From Chrysomallon squamiferum (Eukaryota; Animalia; Mollusca): DNA of 64,000 nucleotides. Positions 34,442-48,048 of the stretch are shown one piece after another (positions within the stretch are counted from its first letter, which is position 1; each line of letters opens with the position of its first letter). The notes under the pieces were generated by a model. It had not been told where the DNA came from, ran no database searches, and was given only the letters and a program-made list of their open reading frames with translations. The stretch covers positions 32,736,001-32,800,000 of the forward strand of contig CM022665.1 of the NCBI GenBank assembly GCA_012295275.1, in the 5' to 3' direction. The translations under genes and the position numbers were made by a program.

Positions 34442-36060
34442 CAGTGAAACTCTTCTAAACCAAACTCTCTTGGGAATGGTGTTTGGTTTACAAAGGTTTC
34501 AAGCAAAAGACATTACTAAATATACATATAGCCACTGACAGAAGTGTTTTTTGCAAGTATTTGATAAAACCAAATGAGTTTATTTAGTCTGTCAAATTTA
34601 CATGTGTTAATTAATTTTTGTTCACAATATTTGCATGCTGCTATTTAGTCATGCCCCTTTTCTTGAGTATGTGATCAGTTTGCCAATTTGCCAATTCCAA
34701 ATTAATCATTTGATAACTGTAATGCTGGTTTGGGTTCATTAATAATTTAACTTTAAAATCCAGTAACTACTTAAAACAACAGGTGTTTTTTATGGACATT
34801 CGAACACACGATTCTGGATATGGAAATGAAATGGTACTGATATAACTTCAGAATTCATCACAGTAAACACAGATTTATTTATTTTGCTAACTAGATACTG
34901 TAGAATGGAAAAATACTAAAATGCTTTGAGTTAAATCTTTGAGAAGAGAGTACCTGTTTATTTCTGTTGCAAACATGAAGGAGTTAATTGAATGACAAAA
35001 GCTTTTCAAGGGAAAATCCAATTCGGCTATCAGACAAATTAGATGCTCATGCATAAGCCAGAAACATTACTCTGAGCATGCATGTGACACTTCACTGATG
35101 GTAAGACAGCACTGTAACAACTAACTGGGATGGTCTACCCAAGGGTTTGCAAATTACCGATAATATCAATACAGGTGAATTACTGACAAATATTCTCAGT
35201 ACCAGTTTTCATCGGTTTTAGTTTGTGCACAGGAAAAGGTACTTACAGGGCTTTTGTGGACACTGTTTTCTTTTATACGTACTCATTTTATTTATTATTT
35301 GACACTCATCTGACAAAATTATTCATTATCCTCGTTTTCCTACCTGTCTTCAGAAAAAATCATGAAATGAACCTTTATAGAACTTAAAATGGGTACAAAA
35401 GGTATATAAGAAATGTACATGCAATAAAAAACCAAGTAGAAATGTGGATGCGATTTTATAAAAAGGAAACAAGGAAATTGTACATCACATGTTTTGCAAC
35501 TTTTGAGAAGTTTGATACTCGAGAAATATGACTTTAAAAAACACAAAACATCTAGTGTCTTGGGTGACAACTGAGAAGCTGGAGCCCATCCCTTATGACT
35601 AGTCGCCAAAATGACTTAGGATGGCATACATGTCAGCAATCAAACAGGTAAACTTGGAACAGTAAACTGACGAGCATCAAACTCGCATCTGAAGGAATGC
35701 TAGCAACAACCGAGTAACTAATGTAATCTTATGTTAACAACTAACATATCTCTCAAAATAACTCATTAAAATTTAGAAAACGGTATTGGTGCATCAATTA
35801 CTAAAACTGGTATTTACCAGTACTAAATACCAGTTTTTGAACCCTAGTCTAGACAAATAATCTACCTTTCACGTTCTTGACTGTTTCGATTTCTGAGGTA
35901 AAATTTTATTACATAAACACAACTGGACCAGACAGCATGTTCAGCATTCACAGTAGAGGAGTTTCCAGGGATTATTTTCATTAGTTAAAACTGTATAAAT
36001 CAGAATCAGAATGAATTTGGTTTTGAGGGTATTTAAGTTCAGTTTAGAGGAGTTTCATTA
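34442..36060. mobile_element. Tc1/pogo-type non-autonomous element downstream of the TAB2 NZF exon
   Basis: TA|CAGTGAAACTCTTCTAAACCAAACT ... AGTTCAGTTTAGAGGAGTTTCATTA|TA: about 25-bp imperfect TIR with TA flanks. Confidence 0.7.
35141..35846. mobile_element. hAT-type MITE nested in the Tc1/pogo element
   Basis: Ends AAGGGTTTGC ... TTTGAACCCTA. Imperfect 8-bp TSD GTCTACCC/GTCTAGAC. Subterminal TACCG/TACCAG repeats. Confidence 0.55.
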
Positions 36061-36380
36061 TATGTAAGTACAAACATTAATACATACTGTACATTTGTAC
36101 ATACTCTTGGTACGAACTGAATAGTGTCAAAAACTTTTGTTCAACGGCAGTTCATTCCGTACCTTAACATTTGATATTAAATTCAAGGAACAAAAAAAGA
36201 ATACTAAATTATTGTATATAAATCAATTTCTGTTAAGCATGTTCATTCTAAGAGAACTTTACACATATTTAAATCACAACTGCAATATCCTCAATTCCTC
36301 AAGCCCCAACTGATGAGATCACAAAATGAAGATAAAACAGTGATTTTTGTTTTCAAATGTATCATTAATCACAGATAATA

Positions 36381-39300
36381 TCAGTGATCGTGACAGTAAC
36401 AAAGCTCAGATGTATGAAGGTGACAAGCCTTTGTTGTACCTTTTATAACACGTGGCATCTCACAGCACTCACACTTATTCAGTGCAGGATGATTCAAAAG
36501 TGTGCAAGCAGAACAGCTCCATTGTTCTCCATCCTCAGAGTCTCCAGAGCCTGTAGGAGGTTGTGCTACTGGAGCTGGAGGAATATGCATTAATCGCGGT
36601 GGCACTGGAGGAGGAGCTGCAATCAGAAATGAAAATACAATGTGAGACAATCTTATCATTACCAAACTGATTCAGGGATAATAAATTGTTTATTAAGAAT
36701 TTTAAATTTAGGATAAGGAATGTTGTTCGTATGTCCCAATAAAATGTATGTTATATTAACTTTTAAATGTAATGTCCTATATGATGAATAGTGCTTCTAA
36801 AACAGAATCCATTGTTGCTAATCTAAGAACAGACCATCATATAGTGAAAGCTGATTTCCTTGCTTCAGTTTCTTTATAATGCTTAACTGAAGGGATGATG
36901 TAATAAAATTTACAAACATATTAAGTGTATCATTAAATCAAACATTCCTTTGTTAGACTGAACTGGTGATCATCTCAAATAAATTTGTAACATATGCTAT
37001 GAACTTTGCATGGCAACCAAAATAAAACGTCACTGATTATTATTATTTATTTTTATTATTAAGTAATATTGCAATAGAAATCTCTTAATATTTACTGTTT
37101 ATTAAATTATATAACCTATAAGTATCATACTTACACTCACTATCTCTAGAAGCAGCAGATGGTGGCTGCTTAGAATAAATGGAATTTCTTTGTCCTGTCG
37201 GCATATTCATGAAAAAATTCTGCTCTCTCAAAGGATCAAAATAAGGGGCTGAAAAAAAAAAAATCTGTGAACTTTTTAACTCAAAATATGACAGCAAATA
37301 TTTTGTAGCAAAAAGACACTAAAATTAGTTGGGTTTTTTCATCAGTAAAAAGGCATTATTTACTGTTTTCAGTCAGTTTACTGCTTTTATGCACATTAAC
37401 TTCCTAACATAAAAGAAAGTGAATGACTGTAATTGAAAGAGTAATTTAGAGAAAACACTTACTCTGACCATTTTTATACATGTCTAATTCATTAATCATC
37501 AACTGGATATCTGTCTGAACTTTCCTGTTAGACTGACGAACCTTATTAATGTCTTCCAACTGAAACAGAAAAACACAGGACACATTACAAAAATAGAATC
37601 CTTAATTTGGATTTTGTTATGAAAAATCTTTAATTGATGGTTTATACTTTAAAAGTATTACAGCATGGTTTACATAACTGTTTCAATAAACTGTTGACAT
37701 TGAAATCATGTAAGAGAAAATACATGCAAGCAACATAGTAGTTATTCCTCTGTGACTGATTTTCTTGCAATTATTACTCCATTTGTTTGCTGGCTACCTG
37801 TCAGCCACATAGAAGTCTTTTCTGTAAAGTAATCATTAACTAATAATGTATATTAGTTCACTCAGTTTCCTTCATGAAAAGAACAAATTCTCAAACTTTT
37901 TTTAAAATTATTATCTCCTAAATGACTTAATGAAGTAAAACAATTTCTTCAGCAGTGGCAGGCACAAATTAACCATTGTGTATCATTGTGATGTCCTGTG
38001 CAAAAATCTGTGCATTCCATTTTATGTGTTGTTAACACTCATACTGCATAATGGTGATCAATGAATTTTTTTCTCTCATTACAGTGACACAGAAATACAT
38101 ATTATTAGCATTAACCTTTAAATTTACTAAAATGAAAACAAATATGTATTTTGTTTTGTAAATATATTTATACAATATGAATATATGTACATAGCTATAC
38201 ATGTACACTGTTACAAATGTAGTTTTCACCCTTGACATTTTTTTAAATGATATATAATAAATTAAAATCTTCAGGCACTATGGATAATTATGTCACAAAC
38301 CGTGGGGAAACTGTTTCTTCTAGCACTTCTTTCTCCCATATTAGCTTCCATCTGTGAGACTTCATTTCGAAGTTTTTCTGCCTTTTTAAGTTCATTTTCA
38401 TAATCACGTTCAAGTTTCTCCATTCTGGAACGCTGGTGTTCAAGCAATGCTAGATAAAGAGATGTTTGTTATTAAGAGAGAATATACATGTGGCAATCCA
38501 GCAATTAAGAAAATAAGAAAAAAAAAGTATCAATAATATTCTCCATGGTATTAATTTGCTTCCATCTCATCTGTGAGAAGTTAAATAAAGTTAAAGTAGA
38601 ACAATAGGGAAATCATCTCTGTATTTCCAAACAGCAAATGCCCTATTGTGTGGTAATAAAGTTTGAAGTTTCTCTTATTCTTTCATTATAATTAATATTT
38701 TCCATTTTATTATTATTGTCATTGATACAAATAATTCTAAATAAATCTGCCTTTTTGATAAGCATTTAACAAAGTATGATCTTACAAGAAAGCCTGATGG
38801 ATATATTGTTGCTAAAGCTCAAACGATGTTTACCATTAATGAAATATGTAAAGAATGATTTCAAATTAAAGCCTCACCTTGAATGTAAGCAGTCTCTTCC
38901 TGCATGCTTCCTGATCTTGTTCTTTGATTAGTTCCATCCCTATTTGATGATTCTGAACTTAAACTGCTGTGACTTGAAGCTGGAGAAATAGCTCCAGGCG
39001 AATAAAATGGTCTTCCTTCTGACGATGCCTGCATAACAATATTACCTTTTTCACTTTCCATGCTCAGAATTTGTATTCCATGTTGCGATATACTGCTAGA
39101 TATTGGATTGGGAGAGTACATGTAAGCAGACTGCTGGTTTTGTGGAATATGATAAGACTGATAATGGGTTGTGGGTGGATTGTTCCCTCCATATCTGTTT
39201 GAGGATGGCAAGGGAGAAAATGTACTTGCATTTGATGACCTATCTGGTGTTGTTGGAAAGTAACGCAATTGTGTTTGAGCTCCCTCTGGACCAGAGCTGG

Positions 39301-40564
39301 TAAGTTCCACAAACAAAGGTCTATTAAAGCCCTGGGGACTTGACTGCTGTGCTCCTGGGTATCCAGGAACTGGAGATGTGTGTCCTGATGGAACAAACCT
39401 TTGCTGCACATTAAGATGCTGATCACTATTGTATGAACTGAACTGGTTTGTGTTTGCACTTATCCGATCTGGACTAACTTGACTGGTATTACTATTATTC
39501 CTATTAATAAACAATGTAGTCTGTGAAGTCTGAGCTGGTGAAACAGTGCAAACACCACTAGCTTCTGCAATTTGAATTTTATATACAAAAGAACTTTGTG
39601 GATTCTGGGCTGCAGAAGATGTTTTTGATTTAGAAGGCATATGTAAAACCTTCACTGCACGACGCCCTTCAGATGGGCTTCCTGTTGACTGTGGTGAACA
39701 TGTACCTGAATTCTCCACACCACTATGACAATTGATATTTGGTATCTGCTTAGCAGAGGAACTTGAACTCACAAAATTGTCAAAGTCTGTGGGCAACACA
39801 GGTGCAGTATAAGGTGCTTGTTGCCCACTGGCTGAAGACACAGTTTTAGGCACATCATTAGCAATAGGTGGCCAGGACACACTGGACTGAATACTGGCAA
39901 CTGCATCTCTATTCTGGTTTATCACATGGTGTTTCACAGTACTTGTTACAGGTGATTTGCTGATATTAAGATCTTGAATTTGCTGATGTAAATCAGTGTT
40001 CAGTTTCCCTGGTGGGTTTGGTTTTCCAAACAAATATTTCGAACTATCCATCTGCAAAGCTTGCATACATTTTTCTTTGTTATTTCCATTCTGTGAAAAC
40101 AGATACAAATTATATACATGCTATTAACAGATAAATATTAAAATAATTATCTCACATTCAGAAAAAAAGAAAAGAAATAAAAAAAACTTTTAAAAGATTA
40201 TTCTAAACTCTAGACTGAAGAAATTACTCATGTTTCTACAAAATGTTTGGTTTTGACTATATTTGTTTATTACTGTTAAGCTTAAATTGGCAGACTGAAG
40301 TGTTATCAAAATAAAGTTTATGACAATAAAAACATGAATATTGATTAACTCATTGCCACCAATGTAAATTAAAATTACTTTAAAATGTTTACATATGGCT
40401 TAAGATACTTTTTGGAATTCTGGACTTTTGAGCTAGATCTTACATTTAAATAACAAGACTTATACCTCTTTCATTCGATTTGACACCACTTCGTCTGGTA
40501 CTTCAGGGTACTGGATCTTCAACTCATGAAAAAGCTGGATGTTGGCAGCCCCAACAGTGGCCAT
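36381..40564 (-). CDS. TAB2: TAK1-binding protein TAB2/TAB3 (CUE domain, low-complexity linker, coiled coil, C-terminal NZF zinc finger), about 633 aa
   Basis: Coding exons 40564-40466 (MATVGAANIQLFHELKIQYPEVPDEVVSNRMKE, CUE), 40090-38878, 38449-38301 (ALLEHQRSRMEKLERDYENELKK, coiled coil), 37559-37463, 37248-37141 (or -37135) and 36616-36381 (WSCSACTLLNHPALNKCECCEMPR, NZF). Phases are consistent. The final C-terminus may vary with splicing (see findings). Confidence 0.93.
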
Positions 40565-41348
40565 TTTAAATAGTCAAGCTATGTTAAAATAAATCCAGAA
40601 CATTTTTAATTAAAAATAATTTTTCCTTTTATATAACTTATTTTGCCAATCCAAAGGCTATAATAACTTTATAATTTATAAATATTCTAAGGAGATATTT
40701 ATTGTTTTAATTTAAACAAAACAATGTTTAATATTTTTATTTAATATGTTAATAAGCAGAAATATATTACATGAAAACATATTTCAGAAGTGTTTTAAAG
40801 TAAAAGGCTTTTTGTTATTATTGTTAGTAACACAATAATTAACATTAATTTTATATATAGCATGCAAATATCATTAGATGACTAATACACAACTTTGTCA
40901 AAGACAATGTGTAAATGTTTATCAATTAAAAATTTAATACAAATTTCACAAATTAAGTTAGTGTAAATAATTATGTATTTCCAAAAGATAAATAAACAAA
41001 AATAGGAGCTTGTTCAGCATTTATGAATTGCTTGTGCTATGTAATACTAATAAAACAAATTTATTTTACAAATTCATTTTCCAGTCAGATTACTATCTTA
41101 TAATGTATATCTAAATTAAGATAAATAATAATAATCTAAATAACATAGAATGATAATAAAAGATTAACTGACTAATGCATGTTATTTTGTATTAAAGGGG
41201 AAAAAATCTGGGGAGTCCCCCAGTTTAATATTGGACAGTGACATCATAACAACATATACTCCAGATCACAAAGCAATGACTCACTAGTTTCAGCATTTAG
41301 TAACCTATGTTTAATTCATAAATATTAAAAGATTATCTTATTATGCAC

Positions 41349-41382
<34 letters not shown>

Positions 41383-41945
41383 TTACTGATATTAATAAAT
41401 TCATAAAAATAATTTTGCAAATATTTATTATCATTAAATGATTAATCAAATGCAAAATTGTTACAAATAAAATTAAAATAAATGATTGTTCTATTACACA
41501 GTTTGGAAACAAAAGAACCAAACAAACAGCTGTGAATCAGTAATGAAAATGTACACTATAAAATGACAGAATAACCTCAAGTCTGAATGTGATCGAGTAA
41601 AAACAAGTGAGCTAACTGAAAATACTGCTAATGTACCCTGACCACATATTTTTTTATTTCATTTTATATATAAACAGAGTTATTTTGTAATTAACTTATT
41701 TACAAATACTTCATTCAGTCAGTTTATTAAACATTTATAATTAACACCACTGTGACAAACTGCATAATTAATACTGATCTTCTTGTAAGTAGGTAATGGC
41801 AGCCAAAATATATACATTATTATTTTTTTATATATATATATATATATATATTAAATAAAACTTTTGAATACATTATACAGAACTGAACAACAAAAAAAGT
41901 TATTTTGGTATCTTACCTGCTTTCTGAGATGCGACGTTTTGAATT

Positions 41946-42697
41946 CAGTGGTACTTGTCTTGTACGAAGAAAACCTGTGGGGCAGAGCAGAAGTGTCCCT
42001 ACATCGAAGATGTCCTCTCATCAGAGGGATTAAAATGACAATTTTTTTTGCACATATTTACAGTCTTTATTCACATCGATCAGATCAGTACCTACAACAA
42101 ACATAAAGTGACATGGCTGGGCATTGCCATAGCAAGTATTATGGCTTTCTCCTAAAATTATAATGCAAATATATCGAGTTCAATGATGGATGTAAATAAA
42201 ATTAAATTCTGCACATCATAAAACTCAGAACTCTATCTTATGCTTATTATGTGTTAAAAAATATTGTATCTGAAACCCAAATCGAACTTTGATTTGGGCC
42301 AGCTGCACCATCTTTTCAACTTCAAAAGTACCACTAAGATGCAGTATTTATAAACACAGATATGCAGAGAATAATATTGAATGTTTGAATTATCAATATT
42401 TGGAACCAAATGGTTTGAATCTACTTGGTTTGGCAGGCAAACATTTGGCATTAGGGTTCTGTGCATTGCAGGAAATGGGCAACACCATCTTTAAAAATAT
42501 TGTATAAAGCTGCCATACTATAAAATTATTCACTTTGGAGAAAAACAAACCCAAATTGGTATGACTATCTGCTTTAGCAGTGGAATAATAATAAGAAATT
42601 ACTAACTGCGATTAAATTCAGCATGTGTCCACTGATCCAAGGGCATACCTACTGAAAAATAAACACTGTAGGTGGGTGTTAAAGTCAGGCATTACTG
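41946..42697. mobile_element. Old Tc1/pogo-like MITE remnant in TAB2 intron 1
   Basis: CAGTGGTACTTGTC ... GTCAGGCATTACTG|TA with repeated TGTCC subterminal motifs. Highly diverged. Confidence 0.35.
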
Positions 42698-44639
42698 TAC
42701 TGACAAAATGTGTCAATATCAGCAAACATTACATGAGCCATTTTCAGCAACTTGTAACAAACATTAACTTGATTAATTAATAAACGACAGTGAACATATA
42801 TTGAAATCTGTTTTACTACTACCACAAGAAGTACCTCATAAATGTTCAAGGCTGAGTAATAATATTATAAAAATGTCGTAAATACTTAAAATGACAAATG
42901 TACAAAAAAAAAAAAAAAATGTTCGACGATGTCTCATTCCATTTCTAAATCAGTGTTGCCTTGAGAACACCTGCAATTTGTTTGACAATTATCATTGTAT
43001 TCTGCTTGATGATGCAGTCCTCCAAACATGTGGAAAAGGCCACAGTGAATTGTGTGGACTGGACAGAAACAGATAATCACCACATAAATGTCCTCAACTT
43101 AAAAACTCTCTTATGGATTTGCTTTTCTATCATTAACTTCAATTTCAGATATGATCAGTGCAATACTGAGCTGAGTTTGTACTTGGCATTTTCACGATAC
43201 CTATAATTTATAAAGCAGCATGCAGTTGTGGTACTAAACCTGAAGCCTGCATATGTTGAACCAACATCATAAAAATTTCACATCCAACAATTTCATGTGA
43301 TTATATGACAGTGAATCAGATACATACTGTATACACTTCTGATTTGTTAGCTGTATTTTCATCATGTACTTTCCTATTTCTTTCACACTCACATTCCAAA
43401 CACATCTACATCATATGTCCAAGTATATTTCTTGACTTTCTTTTCGTAACTTGGACCCTTTGAATTAAAACAAAATATTGTGTTTCAAGAATTAACACTT
43501 AAAGTGAAGCAAGAAGTAGCAGCTATGGACTGATTTTCAAGCATCAACTGAAATCAAATTCAACGAACTACCCTGTGGCGAGATCAATTATTTTAAAATT
43601 TAAAGCCAATTTTTTATTCCTAAATAAAATAAAAGAAAAGTGTGTAAGACTATCATTGTTGATATCACAATCTGTTTCAGCATTAGAAGGCAAATGAATC
43701 ATATTTCTTTTCAAAAGGACCATCCATAGATTTGCTAAATTCTGTTACACTTTTTTTTCAGAGAAAATATAGAAAATTTGATTAAAATTAAATGAATTCT
43801 TGAATAAGTTCATAAGAAACATCAGTTAAGTGATCATAATAACCAGGTTCCCGAGATGGTGCCGAATTAGATCAAGAAATGAGATCCAAAATCAGTGATG
43901 TCGTTTTCAACACAAAATTATCAATTGGTCAGTGGTAGCGGTCATACTAGAAAAAGCTGCTGTCCCAGCGAACATTATGCTTAGTTTAAAATATCATTAA
44001 ATTTGAAACTGAACAAGGTTTCAAATGATACAAGATGTGTTGGGCAAAATTCAATACAGAATATCATAATTTAAGTTTGAAGCCAATTTTTCAAAACAAA
44101 ACAGTTATTTTTCTTTTATCTCCATCTAGCCACATACAGGGCACAATACTGCAAGTGAAATTCTGTTATTGCAATTTAAATTTGCAAAACACTACCCTTT
44201 TGGTGACTAGACTGTTTTTTCAGAATGAAACTGTCAATGAAACAAATTTTAGTTTACTGTATGAGTCAGACAACACATATACTGATGATCAAAACTGTAA
44301 ACATATGTGTCAGCATTTTGCACTGTTTTGGACTGACACTAGCTGAAATCAGTCAAAGTATTTCAATATCACATTTGGAGCTCTTCAGCTGACAAGTCAA
44401 TTGAGTTGTTCCAAATGCTTTATTAACCACAATTTTGCTGGCTGTAAAATTCAACTTCATAGCAACTTCATAGCACTGAAAAAATGTGTTGGTAACAACA
44501 TCATACTGTCAACAAAAAATAAATAAATAAAATACATCCTAGTTTTGGTATATGTATACTTGCTGGAATCGTGCAACCAAAAATAAAACTGCGTATTTCC
44601 TGAGTAATTCGATTAAATCTATAAATAAACATGTTTCAG

Positions 44640-45174
44640 ACACCAGTTCTGGTGGTGAAATAGTGTGTGAAAAGGCATTTTCTGCTCAAAAATGGATCAA
44701 GTCAGATGTCAGAAGTAGCTTGTCTGGAGGGAAGCTATCAGACCTCTTTCTCATCTCATCTTGGACCTGAACTTGTTGATATGATCCTGCTAATTATGTG
44801 ACTAACTGGCTGTCTTCCAGTACAAGAAAACCTACAGGGCATGTAGGTCAAAGTGAACAGCCACAGGACATTGTCTCAGGGTAACCATCTTGCCCCACTA
44901 GTAGACTTAACTTTTAATATTCTACTGAAGAAAGAATTTTAAAGGCATACTATATATTGAAAATTAATGACTTGAACATTTTCTTCACTGCTGGTGACTG
45001 CACTGAGTAAAATAAACAACACAGGTTGGTGTTTAAAGTTCTTTAATTATTGAAGTATATTAATGCATGTATACCATATGTTGCCTGGCAAGAAAAGATT
45101 TCAAGTTGGCTAGTATTTTTTTTTCATTTACTAGCCATTTGATGAGTAAATATAAAGCACTACTTTGCACCCTG
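44640..45174 (+). mobile_element. hAT transposase C-terminal (dimerisation domain) remnant and 3' end, ZNF862-like family
   Basis: VCEKAFSAQKWIKSDVRSSLSGGKLSDLFLIS/GPEL..YDPANYVTNWLSSSTRKP matches the hATC motif CERxFSxxxxIKxxxRxxL...GP...W. Terminus-like ...TTTGCACCCTG at 45174. Confidence 0.68.
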
Positions 45175-46189
45175 AAATATCATTAATAAGATCATTTTAT
45201 TACTGTACAGCATGTCCACTTCCAAGAAGTTGTTGGGGTAGTGTTTTTGTTGTCCAGCTTCAAAACTGGCCGCTGCATTTTTCAAAAGTGGAGTACAAAT
45301 TCACTGAATTATTTATGATGAAACAAACAACCCACAATTCAAGAACAAATCTTCATTTTTATCTCCATGCAATTCATATGTGACAGGTTGCATAAGCCGA
45401 GCTAAAATATGTTAAAAACAACTGGTTTTGCACATTTTGTACAGTGATTGGTTGAAACATAACTGTCTGCAGCTACCTATTGCAAGGATAACAAAAAATA
45501 GCATACCTATTAAAAATAGTTTTAAAATAATAAACTGCATTAGACAATCTAAACTTATCTTGTTTCCTCAGTGAATTTCAATGTTTTATGTAATATTAGC
45601 AAACATTGCCTATTATATAACAGAAACTCTTCAGATATCATATTTCACGCATTTGTATTTTATTTTTACAAAAATAGAAAATGTGCTTATTATTTATACT
45701 TCTTTTTAAAAGTATTGAGTTGGTATAGCAGTTTAATTAACTGAATGTTCCTCAATGATACTGGTTCAAATAGTAAATTATCAGGGCTTGGCGAAAGCAA
45801 TAGCTACCAATAACTCCCCTGAGGATAACAGAATTCTAACCCTGATGGTCTATTATGATTTTTTTTCCCCATGTGTCCAATGGATACATTGTTTTCAAGA
45901 TGCTTTGTACAACTTTGTCTGAAATTTCACCTTTTACATGCATATTCACCTGGCACAAGTTACTGTAACAGTATTACCTGTGCAATGTGAAATAAAATTA
46001 TACACTTATAGTTTTCTTTGTAGTGTTCCAAACAATCTGATAAACAAGAAAACTTTTAATTTGAGCAAAAAGTACTGTTTATTGATATGATGCCATTTAC
46101 AAAGCTTGTATTTTTTAAGTTTAGCACTGCACACTTATTTAAATCTAGGCAGTCAGTAATTCTCATTTCAATGATGGTAGTGTTATGGC

Positions 46190-46647
46190 CAGTGTTTCGC
46201 AATTATTTAAAGATAAAAGTGGAAATATCCACTGATAAAGTAATCAAAACTGGACACAACAGAAACAAGAAATAACCATGAATAAAATGCTGTTTTGTAT
46301 TTCATATATGAAATGGCAGTTTGGAGGATAAAAAAGGATAATTTTATTTTGGATTCAAAAATTAAGAAACACTGAAAAAAATATAAATTTAGTGCACCTG
46401 AATTAGCAAAACTGAGAACAATAAAAGTAATGGTAATGCTATGAATACTAAATAAAACTAACACTGAATAGTTAAATTATCTCTATCACAATGTACATGC
46501 AATTACTAAACATGCCATGTTTGGCAGTGTAAATGGGATCAGTTAGGCATATCTGACCAATAAATAATTATTTTATCAGTTTTATTTTTTAACTTTTTAT
46601 GGAGGTACCAGATTTTAGGTACCCCAATAATACTCACAAAAACACTG
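46190..46647. mobile_element. Possible old hAT MITE
   Basis: CAGTGTTT ... AAACACTG ends. The 8-bp flanks GTTATGGC/ATTATGAA match 5 of 8. Confidence 0.3.
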
Positions 46648-47793
46648 ATTATGAATCCATAAAATTATATTTAACATATACCACACCGTATTATTATTAT
46701 TATTTTATATAGGGAAACCTTACATTCTTTTAAATTATTTTGTTTGATTCACTAAACATTCAGATTAATTATAATTTAATAATTCAATCCAATAAAATAT
46801 GCAACCAATATAAAAAAACTTTTAAGTTCTTACTCCAAAATCTTGCAATTATTTAATAAATCATAAACAGATTAAAATTAAAAATCACTTTCATCATTTG
46901 CATGATACTGATAAATCTACTTTTATAATGTATTAAGAGAAAGACAACTAAATTTAATTTAAGGGACTACATTTATGAATTTAATGAGAAACAAATTATA
47001 ACAAATACTTCAATACAATTTTTCATGACAAATTATTTATCAACTCTATGAATACATCACCATAGTCTATATATTCCTATTAGTGTTACTGCCTTTTTCA
47101 GATTGTGTTTATCATTTCAATATTTGTCAAACCACATCCCACACATGTTTATAATGTTGGTCTAAATGATTATAAATTGAATTCAGTTGTGGTAATAATG
47201 ATTGTTTTGTTTTATTTATTTTTGTTTTAAACATTTAAAGGAAGAACGGTATTTTCACTTCAGGAAAAAAGGATGATCCAGCAGCCAATTTACTGTGTGC
47301 CTTTTGTCAGTCTCTGAGTCTGGTTCTCATTTTCTCAGAATTATTACATAAAACTGTTTAGGAAGATATACTTGAATTTATGTTTGTATATATAAATAAA
47401 TAAACATACGAGTGAACGAAAAGAAGAAGAATAATAAATAAACACTAGTCAAATGATACATCATAGGTTCATATACATGTGGCCAAGTCTTGACATTGTA
47501 ATTGTTGACTGTACTCAGTACTGTGTACACACTTAATGTTTGAAACTGTAAAAATGGATTACACATACGATACAGATGTCTACATTGTATGTAATTACTC
47601 TCAGCTTCATCTTTTGTTTTAAAATATTTTTTTTTACCTTTAAACATAAATGATTAAAATATAAAAGACATTACACACAAAGTTACAAATACATCTGATC
47701 TGAGGAAACATTATGATTATGATTAACCGTGATTACGACTAATGCACTTGCTAAACAATTTATGAGTAAAATATTAAAATGTAACCATCTTAC

Positions 47794-47975
47794 CATCGGA
47801 AAGAAATTTATCACAACATAATTATCCGTAAATATGTTTTTAAATTATCAATGAAAAAAAAAAAAAACGAACACAAGCGTCAATAAAATAAATAAAACAA
47901 CACTTTTCTAATCATTCGTCGAAAAAATGGCGTAACGCATGCGTATCTACTATCTTAATAGCCTACTTCCGATAA
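47794..47975 (-). promoter_or_regulatory. Probable TAB2 promoter and non-coding first exon
   Basis: Minus-strand donor CCGATG|GTAAGA at 47794. Motif cluster: YY1-like AAAATGGCG (about 47924), NRF1-like palindrome ACGCATGCGT (47935-47944) and ETS-like ACTTCCG (about 47965). The TAB2 ATG exon has an acceptor at 40578, so an upstream UTR exon is required. Confidence 0.55.
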
Positions 47976-48048
47976 TTCGTCCTTGGCCTTGATAATCTGA
48001 AGTAAATATTGCATGCTTCACTACTGCCATAAATTCAACAGTTTATAT

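Noticed and set aside
39064-39459. 131-aa alternate-frame ORF (and the antisense 39103-39303 ORF)
   Set aside because: Shadow ORFs of the large TAB2 exon, with no recognisable motif.
42930-43470. Possible minus-strand hAT transposase N-terminal remnant
   Set aside because: Only faint similarity with many stops and no definable ends, so it is too weak to call.
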